Source: Desulfatiglandales bacterium (GTDB taxonomy: Bacteria > Desulfobacterota > DSM-4660 > Desulfatiglandales > HGW-15). Taken from it: a stretch of DNA of 64,000 nucleotides. The stretch is taken from the NCBI GenBank assembly GCA_963667015.2, contig CAXXJJ010000004.1, forward strand, positions 1,248,001 to 1,312,000, in the 5' to 3' direction. The position numbers and the translations under genes are program-made. The notes under the pieces were generated by a model, which searched no databases, was not told where the DNA came from, and saw only the letters and a list, made by a program, of their open reading frames with translations. Below are positions 56,407 through 64,000 of the stretch, one piece after another; position 1 is the first letter of the stretch, and each line of letters opens with the position of its first letter.

Positions 56407-57954
56407 ATGCATTCAATATCAGCAAAAAAAATCCTACTGGCCTTACTTTCAGGGCTGTTGATCACAGCTTCTTTTCCACCCTTAAAAACAGACTGGTTAA
56501 TCTGGATTTCTATTATACCTCTTCTGACAGCACTTGAAGGCACAACTCCCGGAACAGCATTCAGACTGGGCATAATAGCCGGTCTGTCACACTATCTCTC
56601 TTTAATGTACTGGATAATTAATGTGTTAAGTACATATGGGGGGCTTAATTTTTTCATAAGTATTTCTGTTCTGCTTCTCTTAAGTTTGTACCTCGCGATT
56701 TACACGGGTATCTTTTCATTACTCTTCGTCAGCTTTAAAAACAGTAAAATAAAGATACTCTTTTTTGCCGGGATATGGGTGTCCCTGGAATATATAAGAG
56801 AGATGATCTTTACAGGCATGCCATGGGGTCTGCTTGGCTACAGTCAGCATAGCAGACTGGAGATAGTCCAGATCGCTGACTTGACAGGGATATACGGTCT
56901 TTCATTTCTTATTGTAGCATTTAATGTCTTTTTATATACCCTGATGGTAAAAAACAAAGAGATCCTCAAAAACAGATACTTCATTTCGGAAACCCTTATA
57001 ATTATCCTCTTGGCATACACATCGGTTCAATATGGAATAAACTGTCTATCCAAATATAGTGACGAAAAACAGGAGAATCCTGAAGTAAATGTTTCTATAA
57101 TCCAGGGGAATATTGATCAGGCTTTAAAATGGAATGAGGGATTTCAGGAAGAGACCATTGACAAATATATTGATCTTTCGCAAAGCAGCTATAATACAAA
57201 ACCTGAAATAATTGTCTGGCCTGAAACGGCAGTGCCTTTGTTTTTTCAGGATAATAATCCGCTATCGGAAAAGATAATAAGAATGGCAGAACGGAGTAAT
57301 GCATACCTGATTTTCGGGAGCCCTGCCTACAGAATAGATCAGGGAAATGTGCGTTATTATAACAGGGCCTGGTGTATATCACCTGAAGGAAGAATAACCG
57401 GTCAATACAATAAAACTCATCTGGTTCCCTTTGGAGAATATGTACCGTTACAGGAATTTCTTCCCTTTGTCCACAGGCTCGTGCCTGCTGCCGGAGATTT
57501 TTCAAAGGGTAAATCAATGGATCCGATTCGGCTTAATAAGATTTCATCAGGTATTCTCATATGCTATGAGGTTATTTTCCCTGAAATAGCACGCTCCCAG
57601 GTCTTAAATGGCGCTGACATACTGATCAACATAACAAATGATGCATGGTATGGTTATACAAGCGCGCCCTATCAGCATCTCTATATTTCAGTATTCAGGG
57701 CAATCGAAAACAGGAGGCCATTGATACGTTCGGCAAATACCGGTATAAGTGCAATAGTTGATTCGACAGGAAAAGTAAAAATGAAGGGTAGCCTTTTTAC
57801 CGATGAAGTGCTTACAGGCAGAGTCACACCGGCAAAGGAAACTATTTCTTTCTATACCCGTTTTGGTGATATCTTTGCCGCAGGAATTTTAATTCTATGC
57901 TTGATAAAAATATCTATTGGATTATGCTGTTCGCGTAAAAAACAGAAACAATAA
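56407..57954 (+). CDS. lnt: Apolipoprotein N-acyltransferase
   Basis: QGNI, WPETA, YNK.HLVPFGEY, ICYE, TNDAW, R.ANTG.S. Confidence 0.95.
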   Translation: MHSISAKKILLALLSGLLITASFPPLKTDWLIWISIIPLLTALEGTTPGTAFRLGIIAGLSHYLSLMYWIINVLSTYGGLNFFISISVLLLLSLYLAIYTGIFSLLFVSFKNSKIKILFFAGIWVSLEYIREMIFTGMPWGLLGYSQHSRLEIVQIADLTGIYGLSFLIVAFNVFLYTLMVKNKEILKNRYFISETLIIILLAYTSVQYGINCLSKYSDEKQENPEVNVSIIQGNIDQALKWNEGFQEETIDKYIDLSQSSYNTKPEIIVWPETAVPLFFQDNNPLSEKIIRMAERSNAYLIFGSPAYRIDQGNVRYYNRAWCISPEGRITGQYNKTHLVPFGEYVPLQEFLPFVHRLVPAAGDFSKGKSMDPIRLNKISSGILICYEVIFPEIARSQVLNGADILINITNDAWYGYTSAPYQHLYISVFRAIENRRPLIRSANTGISAIVDSTGKVKMKGSLFTDEVLTGRVTPAKETISFYTRFGDIFAAGILILCLIKISIGLCCSRKKQKQ

Positions 57955-58018
57955 CACCGGGTTAATAAATCCAGTATTTTGTCCTGGTTACACAGAAGAT
58001 CCATAAGGAGGAGACAAT

Positions 58019-59117
58019 ATGGAAAATGAACTTAATGATAAAATAAAAATCCTTTCTGAAACCCTTACCATGCTTCGAGGTCATCTTTGACTTGGATGCA
58101 AAGATACTTGAGCTTGAACGGCTTGACTCTATCATGGCCAAGGGTGATTTCTGGGAAAGGAACCATGAAGAGGTTTCACAGATCTCACAGGAAAGGGCAT
58201 CACTTAAGGATATCGTCGACAGCTGGGAATCGCTGAAAAGAGAAACGGATGATCTAAAGATACTTATAGAGCTGGCAGTTGAAGAGAATGACAGTGATAC
58301 AATAGAAGAAGTAACCAGGGATATCTCAAAACTTGAAAAACATATAGAAAACCTTGAAGTTCAATCGCTACTGAATGAACCGGATGATAAAAGAAACTGT
58401 ATCGTTTCGATAAATGCAGGCGCAGGAGGAACTGAAGCACAGGACTGGGTAGAAATGCTTTACAGGATGTACCTCAGGTGGTGCGAATCCAGAAGCTTTA
58501 AAACCGAGGCTATTGACTACATGGTGGGTGACGAGGCAGGTATAAAGAGCGTCACTTTCACGGTTTCAGGAAACAATGCATATGGCTATATGAAATCCGA
58601 ACACGGCATTCATCGAATGGTCAGGATATCTCCCTTTGATGCAACCGGACGCAGACATACATCCTTTGCCTCAGTTTCGGTGCTTCCCGAGGTTGATACT
58701 GATATTGATATAAATATTGATGAAAAGGATCTCAGGATCGATGCATTCAGGGCCAGCGGCCCGGGCGGTCAGCATGTAAACAAGACAAGTTCAGCCATCA
58801 GGATAACTCATCTCCCTACAAATATTGCTGTACAGTGCCAGAATGAAAAATCCCAGCACAGAAACAAAGAAATGGCAATGATGGTTTTAAAGGCAAGGCT
58901 TTATGACCTGGAGAAGAGTAAACTGGATAAAAAAAAGCAGGAAATGCACGAGAACCAGAAAGATATAGCATGGGGAAGCCAGATAAGATCCTATGTATTT
59001 AATCCCTATCGCATGGTAAAGGATCACAGGACTAATGAAGAGGTGGGAAACCTTGAAAAGGTTATGGACGGAGACATTGACAACTTTATTGACGCCTATC
59101 TCAGGATGAAGCGATAG
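58019..59117 (+). CDS. prfB: Peptide chain release factor 2 with programmed +1 frameshift
   Basis: ATG 58019 (AAGGAGG RBS), 23 codons, CGAGGT-CAT-CTT-TGA-C at about 58076-58091; then SPF and GGQ motifs. Confidence 0.96.
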
Positions 59118-59142
59118 ACCGGATGCATGATAAGGACATTTA

Positions 59143-60252
59143 ATGGCTACGATATTTGAAACAACAAATATTAAAGGACTTTCAATAAAAAACAGGCTTG
59201 TAAGGTCTGCCACATGGGAAGGCATGTGTGATCAGGAAGGCAGGCCCACGGAAAAACTCTGCAATCTTTACAGGGAACTGACCGAAGGCGGTACAGGCCT
59301 GATTATTTCGGGATACGCCTTTGTAAGGCCTGAAGGCAAACAGCTTACCGGCAAGATGGGAATCCATACCGATGACTTTGCAAAGGATTATGAAAGGCTG
59401 GTAAAGACGGTCCATGATTCGGGAGGCAGAATCGCCGCTCAGATCGTGCATGCAGGAGGCCAGGCAATAGAGGACAACTCCGGAAAGCAGCCTGTTGCAC
59501 CGTCAGCAGTAAAGGTTGCCCATTATTCAACAGAACCACGGGAACTCTCCATAGAAGAAATACAGGAAATAACAGATGCATTCGGAGAAGGCGCACGCAG
59601 GGCAAAGGAATACGGTTTTGATGCTGTACAGCTTCATGGTGCCCACGGCTACCTGATCAATCAGTTCATGTCGCCGCACACAAACCTTAGAGAAGATGAA
59701 TATGGCGGCAGCATTGAGAACAGAAGCAGGTTTGTGGCAGAGGTTTATCAGAAGGTCCGTTCAAAGGTTGGTATCGATTTCCCTGTAATGATAAAGATGA
59801 ATTGTTCAGATAACATGGACGGGGGCCTAACCATAGAGGACGGTGTTTATATCGCAAAAAAACTGTCCGGGTCAGGAATTGATGCAATTGAGGTGTCATC
59901 AGGCAACAGTGCCTCAGGAATAAAGTCCGGCCCCCTCAGGATGAAGATAAACAAGCCCGAAAAAGAGGCATGGAATATGGACTATGCAAGGCAGGTCAAG
60001 GCTGTTGTCAACTGCCCCGTAATGGTGGTTGGTGGATTCAGGTCCTATGATGTCAGCGAAAATGCCATAGCCCTGGATGGCATTGATTACATTACAATGT
60101 CGAGACCGCTTATCCGGGAGCCGGACCTCCCGTCCAGGTGGGAGCGGGGAGATCGAGCTCCGGCCAGATGCATATCATGCAACAGGTGTTTCAAGCCGGG
60201 AGTCGAAGAAGGCGGGATTTATTGTGTTGCAGACAAAAAAGAAAAGGTATAG
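59143..60252 (+). CDS. NADH:flavin oxidoreductase (Old Yellow Enzyme family)
   Basis: KNR.VRSAT, HAG, H.AHGYL..QF.SP..N.R.DEYGG, SRP.I.EP, C-terminal CISCNRC. Confidence 0.92.
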   Translation: MATIFETTNIKGLSIKNRLVRSATWEGMCDQEGRPTEKLCNLYRELTEGGTGLIISGYAFVRPEGKQLTGKMGIHTDDFAKDYERLVKTVHDSGGRIAAQIVHAGGQAIEDNSGKQPVAPSAVKVAHYSTEPRELSIEEIQEITDAFGEGARRAKEYGFDAVQLHGAHGYLINQFMSPHTNLREDEYGGSIENRSRFVAEVYQKVRSKVGIDFPVMIKMNCSDNMDGGLTIEDGVYIAKKLSGSGIDAIEVSSGNSASGIKSGPLRMKINKPEKEAWNMDYARQVKAVVNCPVMVVGGFRSYDVSENAIALDGIDYITMSRPLIREPDLPSRWERGDRAPARCISCNRCFKPGVEEGGIYCVADKKEKV

Positions 60253-60269
60253 TTTCAGGTTTTTATCGA

Positions 60270-61007
60270 ATGAGTAATGTTTATATAATTAAGGCTGGGA
60301 CAACATTTCCCGAGGTAGCAGAAGAATATGGCGATTTTGACCGCTGGACACTCAGCGCTATGGGCATCTCGGCAGATGAAGCCGTTATTATCGATGTACA
60401 GGCCAACGAATCTCTTCCCGATCCCTCAAAATGCAGGGGAGTTGTAATTACTGGATCGCACGCAATGGTTACCGATCACCTTCCCTGGAGCGACCGGATA
60501 CTGGAGTGGTTACCGGAAATCCTCAGAGAAAATATTCCTTACATGGGAATATGCTATGGACATCAACTTCTTGCTCAAGCCATGGGAGGAGAAGTAGGGT
60601 TTCATCTAGGGGGCAAGGAAATCGGAACAGTTGATATTGAACTGTCCCCGGAAAGTAACAATGATCCTCTGTTTAAAACAATGCCGGGACATTTTCCTGT
60701 CCATGTGACCCACTCTCAATGTGTCCTGAGGCTTCCGCCAGGAGCGGTTACTCTTGCGTCAAATTCCTTTGAACCATATCATGCCATCAGAATCGGCAGC
60801 TGCGCCTGGGGTGTACAGTTCCACCCCGAGTATAATGCAGATATTATGAAAGGTTATATAATTCATCAGGCAGACGAATTAAAAAGATGCGGTCGTAATA
60901 TTAACGAAATAATTATGACTGTAAGAGAAACTCCCGAGGCTGCTGAACTGATGAAGTGGTTTATGGATTTGACAGTAAATCCTAGCCATTCATCAAAATA
61001 TCAGTAA
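60270..61007 (+). CDS. Class I glutamine amidotransferase-like protein
   Basis: ITGS, GICYGHQ, GVQFHPE. Confidence 0.9.
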   Translation: MSNVYIIKAGTTFPEVAEEYGDFDRWTLSAMGISADEAVIIDVQANESLPDPSKCRGVVITGSHAMVTDHLPWSDRILEWLPEILRENIPYMGICYGHQLLAQAMGGEVGFHLGGKEIGTVDIELSPESNNDPLFKTMPGHFPVHVTHSQCVLRLPPGAVTLASNSFEPYHAIRIGSCAWGVQFHPEYNADIMKGYIIHQADELKRCGRNINEIIMTVRETPEAAELMKWFMDLTVNPSHSSKYQ

Positions 61008-61360
61008 GCCTGTCTGCATATTTCTTACTCTCAGGATCACGGGTTAAAATTCCTATTTCTTCGGGCCCTGATATCCCGAGTCCGATTTTTACGGCATGCT
61101 TCATCTGGTCCTGTTCAAATATTTTCCTTCCCATAATTGTACTGTTGGAACCCTGCTCCTTTAATACAGCAAGGCCTACCGCATCGATTGCAACCCTGTC
61201 GGTACCGGCAATAATTACATTTGCCTTTTTTCTTGTACCCTCCATTGGTCCGCCATCTGTAAAGATTTCAACACCATCCAGGACAATAAGCTGGGGTTTA
61301 TAGGCAAGATTGATTTCAGCTATCATCTTTCTCATATCAGGTGAGTTATGCAACCAGAGA
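60982..61360 (-). pseudogene. DUF362 family C-terminal fragment
   Basis: LH.S..MRKMIAEIN..P.LIVLDG....GGP..G, IIAG.DRVAID; N-terminal part absent. Confidence 0.6.
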
Positions 61361-61661
61361 AACAAATGACTTGTTTGACTTTTCATCTGCAGATAGAGGA
61401 ACCCCTGCAGAAACTCCTGCCATTCCAACCATTGAAAGATAAATAAATTCTCTCCTGTTAAAAAATACCATGGGACATAGCCTCCTGTAGGGCATCATTT
61501 TTGCATATAAACCAATACTGAAATCCAGGCTAAGTATCGGTCAGTACTTTTTCAGTATTATATTTGACTGTACTGCCCAAGTCAATCGACTGGGACGAAT
61601 ATGCCTGTGGCACATGTAGCAGTTACCATAAAAATTGATACACGTTGTCAAAATGCATACA

Positions 61662-61701
61662 TGTCAACCTTTTTGACAAAGGGAAAAAGCTGGGTTATAA
61701 A
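61662..61701 (+). promoter_or_regulatory. sigma70 promoter with overlapping palindrome
   Basis: TGTCAA-N5-TTGACA whose right arm is a -35, then N17-TATAAA. Confidence 0.55.
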
Positions 61702-61826
61702 TAATGTCTCGAAAAACGGCAATTAAAACAATCTAACTTGAACTAATTAAGAATAAAATTCAATTGACAAGCATCACTAAAAGTTGTAATTTATCAAAAA
61801 TCCAAATAATTACAGGATATTCATCT

Positions 61827-62939
61827 ATGGAAAAGATAAAAGCACGTTTATTTTTAATATTGTTGTTCATTCTTGTTGCAGGATATCTCTGTTTCCCACT
61901 TACCGCATCAGCCGAAAAAATGACTCATACAGTCAAAAAGGGTGATACATTATGGGGTATCTGTGAACAGTATTATGGCGACAGCAGCCTGTGGCCAAAA
62001 TTATGGGAAATGAACAGTTTTGTTACAAACCCTCACCTTCTTTCCCCGGGCGATGTAATTACCCTGTTTGAAAAAACTCCGCAAAAGCCCCAGGAACCTG
62101 AGCCTGAACCGGAACCTGTCGTTGAACCGCCGCCTTTAATGGGTATTGATGTTGAAGGCATTATTCAAAACAGCAAAAGGATCGGCTTTTACACATCAAA
62201 TGAAATAGCCCCATTGGGAATGGTATATGCCGGAGCAAAAAAGGGATTGATCTTTGCCAAGGGCAGCACAGTATATGTTATTTTTGAAAATAATATAGAT
62301 GTTTCCATTGGCAGTGAATTTGCCGTTGGTAAAATAAGGCCTGTAAAGCACCCCCTTACTAATAAAAAAGCCGGTTTTGTCTTTGATGTCTCAGGAAGGA
62401 TCACAATAGAGAAAAAAGCGGGGATGAATTATATCAGAAAAGACGGCAGTACCAGTGAAAAAGAGAACTCATACCAGGCCAAAATATTTGAATCCTATGA
62501 ACCTATAGAAATCGGCGACTATCTAATGCCTGTGAACAATATTTCACGCTGCATTCTTCCATCATCAGGCAATGGTGATATCCTTGCCAATATAGTTACA
62601 GGGGCAAATAAACAGAATCTTATCCATAAATACAGCATAGTATATATGGATAAGGGGCATGATGCAGGAGTAAAAAAAGGGAATGTTTTTGAAATTTGTG
62701 AGAAAAATATAGTTACAGATCCGAAACCTGAAGAAAACCTTACATTTTTTAAAAAACAGGTCATTCTTCCTGACCGTGTTCTCGGCAGCATACTCGTGAT
62801 CGATACATATCCTGACTCTGCAACAGCCCTTGTTATAACAGCTACAGAACCAATTGAACCGGGCGCATATTTAAAAAACTTATCGTGGACAGAAACACCT
62901 GATTTTATATCAGATAAAGCAACCTGTCCAATTGAGTAA
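61827..62939 (+). CDS. LysM peptidoglycan-binding protein
   Basis: Signal peptide, HTVKKGDTLWGI...W..LW..N..V.NPH...PG; usual neighbour of dprA. Confidence 0.9.
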   Translation: MEKIKARLFLILLFILVAGYLCFPLTASAEKMTHTVKKGDTLWGICEQYYGDSSLWPKLWEMNSFVTNPHLLSPGDVITLFEKTPQKPQEPEPEPEPVVEPPPLMGIDVEGIIQNSKRIGFYTSNEIAPLGMVYAGAKKGLIFAKGSTVYVIFENNIDVSIGSEFAVGKIRPVKHPLTNKKAGFVFDVSGRITIEKKAGMNYIRKDGSTSEKENSYQAKIFESYEPIEIGDYLMPVNNISRCILPSSGNGDILANIVTGANKQNLIHKYSIVYMDKGHDAGVKKGNVFEICEKNIVTDPKPEENLTFFKKQVILPDRVLGSILVIDTYPDSATALVITATEPIEPGAYLKNLSWTETPDFISDKATCPIE

Positions 62940-63026
62940 AAAAAGAACTTTAAGAAAAAACTTGACTATTAATAACAGCTCTGTTGTATATTCCCGCCGT
63001 ATTCTAATCTAACTGGGTTAACTTTA

Positions 63027-64000
63027 ATGTCTTTATGGTCAGATAAAAGATGCTACTGGATAGCCCTGTCCGGGGTAAAAGGTATGGGCAATGTTACGCT
63101 CAAAAACCTTTTAATGAAATTTGGAAACCCCGAAAAAATATTAGATTCCTCCATATCCGAACTTTCTAAAGTGGATGGGATTCGAAGGGATACAGTTCAG
63201 AATATTGCAAATAAAAACTTTAAGACTGACCCTTCTGATGAGATAAAAAAGATAGAATCATGTGGTGCAAGAATCGTCACATTTAATGATCCCGAATACC
63301 CTGCACCATTAAAGGAAATTCATGATCCGCCGATGATCCTTTATATAAAAGGAGCCGAGATCCCGCAAAATAAGATCTTTGTGGCAATAGTCGGATCGAG
63401 GAATGCAACCCATTACGGGTTAAAGGCTGCCGAAGAATTCGGGCAGGGAATTGCCAGGCGCGGCCTCGGTGTAGTAAGCGGTATGGCGCTTGGTATAGAT
63501 GCAGCTTCGCACTGGGGATGCCTCTCAGGCAAGGGACCGACAATCGGTGTCCTGGGAACAGGTATTGATATAATTTACCCAGGTCAAAACAGAAAGCTGT
63601 TTGAAAAAATAATTGAAAGCGGGACACTTATAACGGAATTTCCTGTGGGAACCACCCCTTCCCCGTCAAATTTTCCTAAAAGGAACAGGATTATCAGCGG
63701 GTTAAGCAGGGGCGTTCTGGTGGTTGAAGCCACAAAGAACAGCGGCTCTCTGATAACCGCATCGATCGCATTAGAACAGGGAAGAGATGTATATGCTATT
63801 CCCGGCAGCATTGAATCATTTAAAAGCAGGGGTTGTCATTTTCTGATAAAAAATGGTGCAATGCTGGCAGAAAATGCTGATGATATAATGGAATCACTCG
63901 GCATGAATTATCCCGGCATGGTAAAATCCGATACCTTTATTAAAAAGGAACTGCCGGAGATAAGCGACATTGAAAAAATGATATATGATATCATAGGTGA
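63027..64000 (+). CDS. dprA: DNA-processing protein DprA, truncated by window end
   Basis: Manual translation MSLWSDKRCYWIAL...VAIVGSRNAT.YG...VVSGMALGIDA..H...NFPKRNRIISGLS...VVEA..SGSLITA. Confidence 0.93.
   Translation, partial: MSLWSDKRCYWIALSGVKGMGNVTLKNLLMKFGNPEKILDSSISELSKVDGIRRDTVQNIANKNFKTDPSDEIKKIESCGARIVTFNDPEYPAPLKEIHDPPMILYIKGAEIPQNKIFVAIVGSRNATHYGLKAAEEFGQGIARRGLGVVSGMALGIDAASHWGCLSGKGPTIGVLGTGIDIIYPGQNRKLFEKIIESGTLITEFPVGTTPSPSNFPKRNRIISGLSRGVLVVEATKNSGSLITASIALEQGRDVYAIPGSIESFKSRGCHFLIKNGAMLAENADDIMESLGMNYPGMVKSDTFIKKELPEISDIEKMIYDIIG

Noticed and set aside
61570..61630. Possible c-di-GMP-I riboswitch (GGGACG...GTAGCAGTTACC)
   Set aside because: Lacks the GGCAAAC/GAAA tetraloop P2 and GCAAAG elements; too degenerate to call.
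1..64000. CRISPR arrays, rRNA, transposases, integron attC arrays
   Set aside because: No regularly spaced direct repeats, rRNA signatures, or transposase/integrase ORFs were found by eye.

Overview
A 64 kb chromosomal window of moderately low GC. Gene content (many sigma54 activators, GAF-ANTAR plus FMN glutamate synthase, DUF1302/DUF1329 module, lnt-prfB) suggests an anaerobic Desulfobacterota/deltaproteobacterium; this is inference. The left ~18 kb is accessory. A minus-strand gene run (13635 down to <1) encodes the four enzyme families of anaerobic phloroglucinol degradation: SDR reductase, cyclase-family hydrolase, 3-hydroxyacyl-CoA-dehydrogenase-family enzyme and BKACE lyase. The same run carries a PhlG/phloretin-hydrolase-like gene, a UroD/MtaA-family methyltransferase, an MFS carrier and a DUF1302/DUF1329/YCF48/RND envelope module. 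It faces a divergent PAS-PAS-sigma54 activator, with a palindromic enhancer, an IHF site and a -24/-12 promoter visible in the intergenic DNA. The middle holds a second sigma54 region (OB-fold proteins, DksA-like protein, Mla operon whose ATPase is fused to a degenerate GGDEF domain) and an RND pump. It also holds a GAF-ANTAR gene followed by a two-hairpin ANTAR RNA target and terminator upstream of a glutamate synthase family gene. The right part is mostly housekeeping: rnd, trmL, dut, pnp, rpsO, truB, rbfA, infB, nusA, rimP, tRNA-Gly(CCC), corC-like, lnt, frameshifted prfB, LysM protein and dprA. Several gene remnants and small palindromic repeat elements are present. No CRISPR array, rRNA, transposase or integrase was seen.
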